Source of the DNA: a virus
Strand: one strand, 5' to 3'
IMG/VR virus record: IMGVR_UViG_3300042884_000193
Span: 1-64,000 of that record
Length of the DNA: 64,000 nucleotides
In this document: positions 38,633 through 48,278 of the stretch, one piece after another
Position numbering within the stretch: the first letter of the stretch is position 1
Layout: every line of letters starts with the position of its first letter
Made by a program: the position numbers and the translations under genes
The notes under the pieces: model-generated
What the model was told of the DNA's origin: nothing
What the model saw: the letters and a program-made list of their open reading frames with translations, nothing else
Databases searched by the model: none

Positions 38633-41600
38633 TATTTTTTTCTTGGTGGATTAGAACGGTAGTCATTGATAATCACTCTATTTAACTGAGACAATGTTTT
38701 TTCTGTAGTATCTCTTATAAGAGTTAAATTCTCACCAACACCTATCTCACGATATACATTTGTATGGGGTACAATTTTTCCTTGTGAAGGATCATATGCA
38801 TTATAAGCACCTGAAACTAAAACATTAGTACTGTTTGGTACAGGACTAAAAGTTATTTTTCCTGCATATGTGCCTTGCATAGGGTTATTGTAATCAACTT
38901 CATAAGTATTACCACCTCTAACATAATTACCTAGTTGATCTCCTTTTCTCAATTCTTTAATTAATTGAGTATTAGCTTGAGATGCTGGCATAATAACAGT
39001 ATATATTTCATCATCTTTTTTAGATGTCGCGGCAATTGCAGCTTGTTCTTCTTCTGTTAAATTTTTACCAGCTTCTCCCGACTGAGTTCTTGATGCAATG
39101 TAACCACCGTTTAATGAAAACTCAAATGACACATAATCCTTACTACCTAAAGTAACAAGACGTGTAGTCATTCCTCCTCTCGGTCTTTGTAAATCTTTTG
39201 AAGTCCATTTAGAGTCAAAGTCATTTATATCTTCAATAAAGTGTTTAAGAGCATCTGCCCCTATAGTGCTATTATCTTTTGATAGCATGTCAGATATAGT
39301 TTCATATGATGATAACTTACCTGGTAAAATTTTAACACCCTTAGGATCGACTGCAACAGCTTCTTGATAATTTCTATAAGCATCTCTAACGTGAGCCATT
39401 CCAGGACCTGCATAATTTGCAGCATCAGAATGTGAGTAATAAGGAATTGATACAATACCTCCTCCTGCTTTTTGAGTATCCATTCCTGGAAAAATTTGTT
39501 TTAAATCAGTAGAGGCATTATAGGATCGTTTATAGTTTTGAGTATAAAGCTCAAAAAATTCAGCATACTTGTCATCCCTATCTATCCAGTCTTGTGCATT
39601 TTCTTTTGATATATTAGTACCATCTGAGTTTACAATTCTTTCTGGTTGAGCCCAACCTAAAAGAGAACCCTTATTACCATAACCGGAACGCACATAGTTT
39701 AAAGTATATTCCTGTACCTTATCATCAAACTCAATAGATTTCATTCTTTGAGCATAATAATTTTTACCTTTTTCAACAGCCTTATCCCAAAGATCACCAG
39801 CATTTGTAGAAGCACTCCACGTATCTAAATTAAGATCTGTATAACCACCTCTTAATTTTCTGTATTCTTCATTAACTACAGCTTGTGACTCAAGCAAAAT
39901 GCCCTGTTGCGTATATCTTGTTGTTTCATAATCAACTACATATGAATTTTTATCCTTATCAAAACGCATATATTTACGCACAATGTGATCATTAGCATCT
40001 GTGATATTTTTATTAGCATTTTCAGGTCTATACTGTTCTTCTCTTTGCTTTTCTTTGTACCGGTCCCACCATTTATTTATGGATTCTTGTTTCTTTTCTG
40101 GAGATAACTTTAAATAAACTGGATTTTGTAGCCAATTTTGTATTAGCTCACTGCCATACTCATCAGTTAATCTACTATTATTAGCACCTCCTTTTTCAGC
40201 AGCAGTTATAGTATATGCTAGTTTAGATACTTTTTCATTATTAGCAGCTAAATCCTTCTCCATTTGGTCTTGGTTGACAATTGGAATTTTGAGTGCTGAT
40301 ATTTTAGCAAATATATCACCCTCATCACCTCTTCCTAATTTATTAGCTTTAAGAAGTGCAGCTGCAGCTGGGTTATCAAATGCTGCCATTACTTGATCGA
40401 TACCTTTCATACCCTTTGGTTGTTTATCTTTTTGCCAACTTGGTAACTTATATCTGTAGTAATCCTCTATTTGAGATCCTGGTAAATTAATTAATCTAGT
40501 TCTCCAGTCTCCTTTATCATCATTTGTAACACCCAATAGATCAGCAATAACTGATTTTGCTATTAAAGCTTGACTAGGATTATCACCTTTAGCAATATTA
40601 ACCAGTAAGGCTAAGGAACTTGTATACACAAGTCTTAATTGTTCTTTAGGATTTCCCGCATCTTTAATAGCATCTTCCGCCAATAATTGTGTACCATATC
40701 TCCAGTCAGATTCACCGCCGGCAGTTATATCAAATAAATTTCCATCAGTTCCTCCTTCTGGAGTCATCGGACCTGTTGGATCATTAGGATCTGCACCATT
40801 AACACCATTATTTCCTTTAACTTCACCTTTGGCTATTGCCAACTTCATATCATTCTGAGCTCTAAGATTTTCTTTGGCAATGTCCATCCCAAAGTCAAGT
40901 TGCATTTTTGCAGCATCTAATTGAGATTGCAACATCATTTTAGATCTATCTAAAGCAGCATCATATGCGGATTTTGCATACGGGTTTACCTCAAGATCTA
41001 CACTCTCATAAGCACTCGCAAATGCTACAGATGTATCATATAATGTTTTAGATAGTATGTCTCTTGATACAGCGGCATCAATCTTATTTCTTAAAGCACT
41101 AATGTTATTTACATCAAGTACTTCAGGATCTGTAATGCTTAATGTTTCATTATGATACTTAGCTGCATTATTTTCTACTGCAATCTGCTCGTCATTTAAA
41201 CCAAGTGCTTTATTTAATTCATCTTCAGGATTAATAAATATACCTTTATCTATAGCATCTTTAACAACGGTATTAGATGCTGTAAGTTGATCTCTATTAG
41301 ATTCAGCTTGAAGTTTTTGTTGTCTTGCAAAGTCATTAAGCTGAGTTGTCATATCATTTAAGTACGCAAGTTCAGCCTGTTGGGGATCACCACTACCAGA
41401 ATTTTGAGCAACATAATCCTTTCTTTTTAGGTATGCTTGGGTACGCATAAGTTCTTGGACTTTTGGATCAGAACCATAACTTTGCAATAAATAATTATAT
41501 AGGGGTGATACAATGGGGGCACCACCTTTAGTTTTTACTATCCATTTACCATCTGAAGAAAAACTTACTTTCTCAACATCTTCAAAACCCATCTTCTTAA

Positions 41601-42150
41601 GATCATTCATTGCATTTTTAGCAACATTAACATAAGAAGTATAAGTAGGTTTACCATATTGACGAGCTTGATCAGCTGATGCTTTAGAGAAATCTTGAGC
41701 CCAATAATTTAAAGCTCTTACACCACCTTCCCAATATTCTTCCCCACCACAATCCTTAGGATCAATACAGTTTTTAAGTCTTTCAGCTTTAGCTAACTCT
41801 TGCTGGTATTGACCAGTACGCATCATATCATAATTAATATCTTCATCATCAATTAATGGCTGAAATATTTTAGCAGCTGCGTTAACATTTTGCTCTAATG
41901 ATAAGTCAAGGGTAGATACTTTTTGAATACCACTCTGGATCTTTTTAAAGAACTCATCTCTACGCTGTGAGCTCTCCTGTCTTAGGACCGGAGCATTTAA
42001 TAATGATGCATAGAGATTGTTTACCTGATTGTAACCTTGGTCATACTGATACTGCTTAGTTTGCAGCATATTACCAAAGAAATTAAGGTCAGGTTGATAC
42101 GGTTGTATCTCTGGAAGAAACTGTGATATACCTTGGAGAAAAGCTGTCAT
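38632..42150 (-). CDS. Large virion cargo/ejection protein
   Basis: 1172 aa helical protein beginning with a PYQPDLNF..KQ.QYD N-terminus, in the crAss-like cargo position. Confidence 0.65.
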   Translation of the reverse strand: MTAFLQGISQFLPEIQPYQPDLNFFGNMLQTKQYQYDQGYNQVNNLYASLLNAPVLRQESSQRRDEFFKKIQSGIQKVSTLDLSLEQNVNAAAKIFQPLIDDEDINYDMMRTGQYQQELAKAERLKNCIDPKDCGGEEYWEGGVRALNYWAQDFSKASADQARQYGKPTYTSYVNVAKNAMNDLKKMGFEDVEKVSFSSDGKWIVKTKGGAPIVSPLYNYLLQSYGSDPKVQELMRTQAYLKRKDYVAQNSGSGDPQQAELAYLNDMTTQLNDFARQQKLQAESNRDQLTASNTVVKDAIDKGIFINPEDELNKALGLNDEQIAVENNAAKYHNETLSITDPEVLDVNNISALRNKIDAAVSRDILSKTLYDTSVAFASAYESVDLEVNPYAKSAYDAALDRSKMMLQSQLDAAKMQLDFGMDIAKENLRAQNDMKLAIAKGEVKGNNGVNGADPNDPTGPMTPEGGTDGNLFDITAGGESDWRYGTQLLAEDAIKDAGNPKEQLRLVYTSSLALLVNIAKGDNPSQALIAKSVIADLLGVTNDDKGDWRTRLINLPGSQIEDYYRYKLPSWQKDKQPKGMKGIDQVMAAFDNPAAAALLKANKLGRGDEGDIFAKISALKIPIVNQDQMEKDLAANNEKVSKLAYTITAAEKGGANNSRLTDEYGSELIQNWLQNPVYLKLSPEKKQESINKWWDRYKEKQREEQYRPENANKNITDANDHIVRKYMRFDKDKNSYVVDYETTRYTQQGILLESQAVVNEEYRKLRGGYTDLNLDTWSASTNAGDLWDKAVEKGKNYYAQRMKSIEFDDKVQEYTLNYVRSGYGNKGSLLGWAQPERIVNSDGTNISKENAQDWIDRDDKYAEFFELYTQNYKRSYNASTDLKQIFPGMDTQKAGGGIVSIPYYSHSDAANYAGPGMAHVRDAYRNYQEAVAVDPKGVKILPGKLSSYETISDMLSKDNSTIGADALKHFIEDINDFDSKWTSKDLQRPRGGMTTRLVTLGSKDYVSFEFSLNGGYIASRTQSGEAGKNLTEEEQAAIAATSKKDDEIYTVIMPASQANTQLIKELRKGDQLGNYVRGGNTYEVDYNNPMQGTYAGKITFSPVPNSTNVLVSGAYNAYDPSQGKIVPHTNVYREIGVGENLTLIRDTTEKTLSQLNRVIINDYRSNPPRKK

Positions 42151-42206
42151 AATTATGTTATAAAAGTATTACAAAAGATTTAGATTTACTAAACCTCATA
42201 AATTTA

Positions 42207-45200
42207 TTAGGATTCCTCCTCGTATGGATTATAGTTATTTGGCTTTACAGTAGGGCTTGTATATACATTAGCAGCGGAAGCTCCAGGATACACCTGCATC
42301 ATCTGAGCAAGCATTGCTGTATTTAGAGCCTCTTTTGTTTTAGGTGTATTAGACCCTGTACCTTTGTAGTACGCTGATAATAAACCAGTCAACTCCTCAT
42401 TAGATAAACTTGAATACTTAGGATTCTTTCTTGCTGCTGCATATTGATCTAAAATAGTAGGCATTGAACTTGTAGCTTCTCCTGTTGGGGATTTACCATT
42501 AATCTGAGACATATATCCACCAGCCTCAGGATGTATCCAAAATTGATCACCATATACAGAATTAAGATTTTGAGTTTTCATCATATTGGTAACTCCTGCT
42601 ACTGTATTTCTAAGTAGGTTATTTAACTTAATCTGCTTATTCTTATCATAGATAGCCTTAGATCCTACTACATTAGTATAGTAATCAGCATCAGCCGCAG
42701 CTTGTAACTGGTCTCTTTGTTGAGCACCTTGGAAGTTAGCAGCCTCAGCAGCATTAGAGTATCCAATATTTCTTGCATCTACTTCTGATGCGTTCTGTGC
42801 AGCCTGATCCATAAGTTGTCCCATAAGACCTGATGAAATAGATGCTGCGGCACCTGGAGATTTTGCAAAAGCATTAACCCCCTCAGTCATACCACGTACC
42901 ATTCCTGATGCTACTTGATCCCTGTATATAGGTGATTCAAATTGTGGTGTCATATATGCATTCTGTGGTAAGCGTTGGCGTATTGGCATATACCGATTTA
43001 CCGGTTGCAATGCAGATGCTGCAATATTAAGTTGATCTTGTAACCAAGGTTTAGGTCCAGGTTGTCTGTAAGGAGTAATATCATTGTCTACTTCAATATC
43101 TCCAGCTTCTCCTGGAATGATTTCTTCATCGGGACCAAACTCAGTCATCTCTAATGATGGATCCATATTAATCAAATCATACTGACCTGAAGTAGTATTT
43201 GTATTATAGGAGTCAGCGGGACTTATCATTCCTGCTGCTGCAGATCCAGCAATATATTCATCGCCATAACCACGTTGTCCAATATCAAAAGGTTTTAATT
43301 TAGTTTGTAGTTCGGGAGCAAGATTTGCTTTATCAAACATTAAATCTTTATAGCCTATGTAGGCCATTTGCTCTGCAGCATTAGCTAAACGCTTATCAGC
43401 TCCTTCCTCATAGGGTACACCAATCTCCTTAGCTTTGTTATATAATGTTTTATTAGTAATATCCTTACCATCAGCATCAGTAGCATTATTACTACCTTTT
43501 ACATCAAAACCATGAGCCCAAAGTGCTAAGTTTCTTTTTTGATGTCTTAAGTGAATTTTGACTAACTCATCATCAGTCATATTTTTTATAGCATTTTTAT
43601 TAGATATGCCATAAGTACCTTTATAGTTTGCATCTTTATCAGCAGCAGCTCTAATTTTATCAGCAAATGCTTTTTTAATAGCAGGATCCTGGAAAGTATC
43701 CTCAAGCATTTGATACATGCCTGCAAACTTATCACTACCATTAAATACTTTAGCTTTATCAGAACCTTTGTATGCAGGGTATTTACCTGCAGTTTCTTTA
43801 AAATTAAAGTACTTACCATCAGCTCCCTTTACAAAGACTTTACTCTTATCTGTGGCCTCCCTGTATTCTTTTTCTTTACGGGCATTAAAGGTAGCATCAT
43901 CCTCATCTTCTTTTCTCTCAATAATAATAGCGCCCTCTGGTATATTATATTTAGTAATTACTTTATCGGGTGTTTTTGTTTTAGTTCTTCTTACAACATT
44001 AGGGTTGTTAACATCATAACCACCACCCCCGCCGCCATTATTATTATCACTACCGCTATCATTAATAAAACCTAAGTTAGGCTCCGTTGTTTCATAGATA
44101 TTACCATCAGCGTCCTCATATATATATAGGCCTTTTCTTCTGCTATATGTTTGCTTAACAATATTATCAGGATCAAATTTGTTACGACCTTTTTTAGCAT
44201 AAGGTATAAATCTGCCTAACTTGTCAGCAGCTCCACCTTTTGCAAATACTTGCATTCCATATTGAGCCATCATTTCCATATCAGCTGGCATCTCCTCAGG
44301 CATTTGCTCAGGCATTCCTTCTGGCATCTGTTGAGACATAGCCATTTCAGCTCCCATCTCATCAGGCATTTGTTGAGCAGAAGGGTCCATTCCTTCAGGA
44401 CTACCTTGTTGCATTTGTTCAACCACCTGAGATATAAGTTGCATTACTTGATCCTGAGGCATACCAATTTGCACAAAGATTTGTGCTACTGCTTGAGGAG
44501 GAACACCTTGCTCTAATAAAGCAGCAACAACTTCTTCAGGTTGTGCACCTTGTTGTAATGCTTGTGCTACTTGTGCCATCATCTGTTCCATTTGTCCACC
44601 ACCTCCACCTTGTGGTTGAGGAGGTCCTTGTGGGGGCATACCTTCTGGAGGCATACCTTGTGGCATCTCTTGCGGCATTCCCTGAGGCATTTGTTGCATC
44701 ATTGCTTCTGGTGGCATCATTCCTGGACCACCTTCTTGACGACGGATAAATCTATTTAATCCGCCACCTCTTGAAAATACTTGATAACCTAACATAGCTT
44801 GAGGCATTGCATTTGGATCATTTACTTGTTGTGCCATTTGCTCAGCCATTTGAGCTGATTCGGCATCTGGCATATTTTGTTGATCAGGATTAGCAGTCAT
44901 GTTTTGATCAAACTGTGCAGCCTGCTCTTGGTCTACTTGAGCCATAGAGTTTATCATGTCCTGATAAAAAGGAAGATCCTTTATTGACATAGCCGGAATT
45001 TCCATAGCTTGTCTATCAAGACTTAATGCAGCAATTGCTGGTTCAGCAATCTTAGGTATCTCATCATTCTTCTTGGACTCTTGAGCAATAGCCAACATAC
45101 CAAGTTTCTTTGTCTTGTTCTTTATATTTGCAATAAGGGTATCCATTGTCATTTTATCCTTAGTCTCCGTAGGATCCATAAGGTTAGCAATGTCTTTATT

Positions 45201-45641
45201 AATATCATACTTCTTTGCAATATCTGCAAATGTGTAACCACCCTTACGATCAGGTAAACCAAAGTATGCAAGAATACCCGCATCCATATCTTTAGTTTTC
45301 TTATTACCACCTAACTTAAAGTCTTTACCATGAAAGTCACTGAAGATAAAAGTCTCTGGTGGAACATTAAGAGGAACACCGCCCGCATTGTGACGAGGTC
45401 CGTTAATTTTATATTGAGTTAAAAAACCTGTTGCTTTATCAATTACTGCAGCAGTTTCCCCACCCTCAGCTTCAATATTAGCGTCCTCACGCTTTACCTT
45501 TTTAATACTATCTCTAAACTCCAAACTAGGATCAGCTAGATCACTTGTTATAAATGAGGGAGCTGCTTGATAATAATCAAGGTATGAGTTACCGCCTTTT
45601 TTAGCTTGAGGTAATTTTTTAATTTTAACTTTACGTATCAT
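42207..45641 (-). CDS. Cargo protein (crAss cargo-protein-1-like N-domain) with Q/M/P-rich low-complexity region
   Basis: 1144 aa; ANIEAEGGET..GPRHNAGGVP..IFSD motif; multiple xGG motifs. Confidence 0.65.
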   Translation of the reverse strand: MIRKVKIKKLPQAKKGGNSYLDYYQAAPSFITSDLADPSLEFRDSIKKVKREDANIEAEGGETAAVIDKATGFLTQYKINGPRHNAGGVPLNVPPETFIFSDFHGKDFKLGGNKKTKDMDAGILAYFGLPDRKGGYTFADIAKKYDINKDIANLMDPTETKDKMTMDTLIANIKNKTKKLGMLAIAQESKKNDEIPKIAEPAIAALSLDRQAMEIPAMSIKDLPFYQDMINSMAQVDQEQAAQFDQNMTANPDQQNMPDAESAQMAEQMAQQVNDPNAMPQAMLGYQVFSRGGGLNRFIRRQEGGPGMMPPEAMMQQMPQGMPQEMPQGMPPEGMPPQGPPQPQGGGGGQMEQMMAQVAQALQQGAQPEEVVAALLEQGVPPQAVAQIFVQIGMPQDQVMQLISQVVEQMQQGSPEGMDPSAQQMPDEMGAEMAMSQQMPEGMPEQMPEEMPADMEMMAQYGMQVFAKGGAADKLGRFIPYAKKGRNKFDPDNIVKQTYSRRKGLYIYEDADGNIYETTEPNLGFINDSGSDNNNGGGGGGYDVNNPNVVRRTKTKTPDKVITKYNIPEGAIIIERKEDEDDATFNARKEKEYREATDKSKVFVKGADGKYFNFKETAGKYPAYKGSDKAKVFNGSDKFAGMYQMLEDTFQDPAIKKAFADKIRAAADKDANYKGTYGISNKNAIKNMTDDELVKIHLRHQKRNLALWAHGFDVKGSNNATDADGKDITNKTLYNKAKEIGVPYEEGADKRLANAAEQMAYIGYKDLMFDKANLAPELQTKLKPFDIGQRGYGDEYIAGSAAAGMISPADSYNTNTTSGQYDLINMDPSLEMTEFGPDEEIIPGEAGDIEVDNDITPYRQPGPKPWLQDQLNIAASALQPVNRYMPIRQRLPQNAYMTPQFESPIYRDQVASGMVRGMTEGVNAFAKSPGAAASISSGLMGQLMDQAAQNASEVDARNIGYSNAAEAANFQGAQQRDQLQAAADADYYTNVVGSKAIYDKNKQIKLNNLLRNTVAGVTNMMKTQNLNSVYGDQFWIHPEAGGYMSQINGKSPTGEATSSMPTILDQYAAARKNPKYSSLSNEELTGLLSAYYKGTGSNTPKTKEALNTAMLAQMMQVYPGASAANVYTSPTVKPNNYNPYEEES
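44270..44730 (-). repeat. Low-complexity coding repeats (MPxx tetrapeptides)
   Basis: QQMPQGMPQEMPQGMPPEGMPPQ and QQMPEGMPEQMPEEMPADM; GGCAT recurs about every 12 nt on the + strand. Confidence 0.8.
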
Positions 45642-45652
45642 GTAATTAGTTA

Positions 45653-48028
45653 TTAATCTTCATATTCAATTTCACCACCGTTGCTGATAATATCATCTAT
45701 CATATCTTGTGTAAGATAGATTGAACCACCTACTTGTAATCTAGGCATTTGCATACCTCTTTGAGCAAATGCTCTTAATGGACCACTGCTGAACTGAACA
45801 GGAGATCCCGCTAAACCACCTCCCTCAGGAGCTCCTGTAAATGTATTATAACCAAGGCGATCAGCATCTCTTACATCTGGTGATGCAGACTCCGTGTTCT
45901 CTGGCATAAATGCATTTCTCATAGCTAGATCAGCATTTCTTTTCTCCTTACGATTAAAGAAAGGTGTCGCAATATTAGCAATACCTGAGTTAATAAGATT
46001 AAGTGTAGGTATTGCGTTAAATGGATTTTTAACTTTACCACTACCTGTAGCTGTTACACTTTTCTCAACCTCACGTTCCCCCATCGCATAGCTATTTTCT
46101 TTATTGGTACCATTAATATTAAGAGTTTGATCCTGAGAACCTACCATAAGTGGATTATCTGTCTTAGCTCCAATGAAATCAAAAAATGATTTTTTATCTG
46201 TTGCTTTACCAGGTTGGAATGGCCCAGTTGATGGACCAGGTCCACCAAAAATATCGGGTATACCAAAAGTACTAGGTCCATAATCACCTTTAAAACTTGG
46301 TAGTTGTGAGCCACCCATTTTCTTTTCACCCAAGTATTGTTTGCGCATATAAGAATGCCAACTTTCTTCCGTATCTGGATTTTTATTAGGTTGTCCTTTT
46401 ATCGGATAACTAACTCTTTGTTTATCATCTGCTGGTGGATTTACAGGTGGTTCATCCTTAGAGGGATCTACTTGTGGTTCTGTTTGTTTAGGTAAGTTAT
46501 TAATATCTATCTGCATTGATGTTCCAGGTATAGTGATCATACCTGATCCTGAGCCTGGTGCTGGTATATTTTTCATACCACTTCTATCAATAGGTCTTTC
46601 AGACTCTATCATAGCAGCTTCATTTTTAAGGAATTTTCTACCCATCCCTCTTAGATTTTTTCTATTAGGATCAATACCAGCTTCATTTAATAACTCACGA
46701 CGCTCACCCCTTGAAATATTTTGCCATAGATCAGGGCTTAGTTGATCAGTTTGCATTAAACCTCCTCCTGGAGATTTTGCATTTTGCGCATATACTTTTT
46801 CATTTGATGCTTTCTCCCAGTCATAGTTATCAAATACTGACTGACCTTCAGGAAGAACTGTTATACTTGTATCATAGTTTCTAGTATCAAACATTTTACC
46901 TATTCCTATTTTATCTAGAAGTTTCCCGGCTACTGTTGGATTTGCTGTAACAGATTTTTGAATTCTATCATAGTCACCACTATCTAAAGCTTCTTGAAGT
47001 TTTTGGCTAAACCCCTGATCATATTTAACACTGTCCTCATCTAAATCAAATTGCCTACCTTGACGTAATCCCATATAGTCAGCTAAACCCATTTCAGGAG
47101 CTGCCATTTGAGTTGTGGTAAATGGAGCATAGTTTCTTCCTGTAAGCATCTCAGGAGATGCACCAGGACCACTTAAGTCTGTGCCAGGCATCTTTAATCC
47201 TTGCATTATAGGATAGTTACTTATAAAAGAAAGATCGGGTGGTCCACCAAAAGATGGCACTTGATTATTTTTAAACGCCTCTCCTACTTGACTATAGTAG
47301 TTATTATACAACTCAGGTAATATCGCATTAAGCTGCTCATTTGTCAATTCACTAATGTCTGAAACATTAGCTTGTTGCATAATTTGATTTTGAGATTCTT
47401 GCGGTAAGCCTGCAAACAATTGTGATTGCCATGTCTGTCCATCAATCTGATATTTATGTAAGCTGGTCTTTCCGCCTTTTTGTTTTATTACACCACTAGT
47501 TTGATTTGTACCATCTGGAATGTACTCAGGTGATGATACACCAATAGACCAGTCATTTGGTGCAACTTGTTCTTGTTGAGTTGCAGCAGCTTCTTCTTTA
47601 TCCTTTGCTTCTTTTGCTGCTTTTTCTTGTGCTGACATATATTGATAATATGCAGGCGCAACAAAAGTATCAACTAAAGTTTGACCAATATTTTGTAAAC
47701 TGTTTGTCTTATATTTTTCAGCTGCTGTTACAAACAACTCGGGATGAGCTACTTTAGGATTTTCTAAACCAGGATAGCCATAAGGAGCTTGCCAAGGAAT
47801 TTGCCCTCTAACTTCAGCAGTCATCAAATTACCCATAGGCATTTGCTGAGGAAACTCAGGAACATGATTTTGTTCTAAGTATCCTTGAGCAGAAGCTACA
47901 AACTTCTGTATTTCTTCTTGAAGCTTTTTATTTTGAGCATCTTTTTTATTCTCGGTAACTCCTTTTACAAAGTTATCAAGACGCTGTTTAAAAAAGCCAT
48001 CTGGTTTTGTTATTGGTTTTATGCTCAT
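45653..48028 (-). CDS. Putative cargo protein, largely disordered, with xGG motifs
   Basis: 791 aa rich in Pro/Gly/Gln; contains KQKGG, KKMGG and LQVGG. Confidence 0.7.
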   Translation of the reverse strand: MSIKPITKPDGFFKQRLDNFVKGVTENKKDAQNKKLQEEIQKFVASAQGYLEQNHVPEFPQQMPMGNLMTAEVRGQIPWQAPYGYPGLENPKVAHPELFVTAAEKYKTNSLQNIGQTLVDTFVAPAYYQYMSAQEKAAKEAKDKEEAAATQQEQVAPNDWSIGVSSPEYIPDGTNQTSGVIKQKGGKTSLHKYQIDGQTWQSQLFAGLPQESQNQIMQQANVSDISELTNEQLNAILPELYNNYYSQVGEAFKNNQVPSFGGPPDLSFISNYPIMQGLKMPGTDLSGPGASPEMLTGRNYAPFTTTQMAAPEMGLADYMGLRQGRQFDLDEDSVKYDQGFSQKLQEALDSGDYDRIQKSVTANPTVAGKLLDKIGIGKMFDTRNYDTSITVLPEGQSVFDNYDWEKASNEKVYAQNAKSPGGGLMQTDQLSPDLWQNISRGERRELLNEAGIDPNRKNLRGMGRKFLKNEAAMIESERPIDRSGMKNIPAPGSGSGMITIPGTSMQIDINNLPKQTEPQVDPSKDEPPVNPPADDKQRVSYPIKGQPNKNPDTEESWHSYMRKQYLGEKKMGGSQLPSFKGDYGPSTFGIPDIFGGPGPSTGPFQPGKATDKKSFFDFIGAKTDNPLMVGSQDQTLNINGTNKENSYAMGEREVEKSVTATGSGKVKNPFNAIPTLNLINSGIANIATPFFNRKEKRNADLAMRNAFMPENTESASPDVRDADRLGYNTFTGAPEGGGLAGSPVQFSSGPLRAFAQRGMQMPRLQVGGSIYLTQDMIDDIISNGGEIEYED

Positions 48029-48234
48029 TATCCGTAATGTGAAAGGTCTTGTTTCATTTTAGTAAAGAGGTCTGCGCCAAGTTTCATCTTAGGCAGATCT
48101 TGAGGCATTGTGTACTGACCCATTGGGTTGTACATAGCTGGTCCTCCTTCTTGCATAAAGAAGTATCTTCTATCATAAGTTCCTCCCTCGGACATTACAA
48201 TAGGGACACCAAAAAGGTTCTCGTAGTTATACAT
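48028..48234 (-). CDS. Small protein with tandem M-x-EGG motifs
   Basis: 68 aa; MSEGG, MQEGG and PKMKLG; TAATG coupling to the next gene. Confidence 0.6.
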   Translation of the reverse strand: MYNYENLFGVPIVMSEGGTYDRRYFFMQEGGPAMYNPMGQYTMPQDLPKMKLGADLFTKMKQDLSHYG

Positions 48235-48266
48235 ACAGCTAAGTTACATTATATTGTTAAGATACT

Positions 48267-48278
48267 CAAATTTAGTTA
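48267..48278 (-). promoter_or_regulatory. Candidate TAnnTTTG promoter element
   Basis: TAACTAAATTTG on the - strand, identical to the 12-mer at 3435-3446 (+). Confidence 0.35.
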
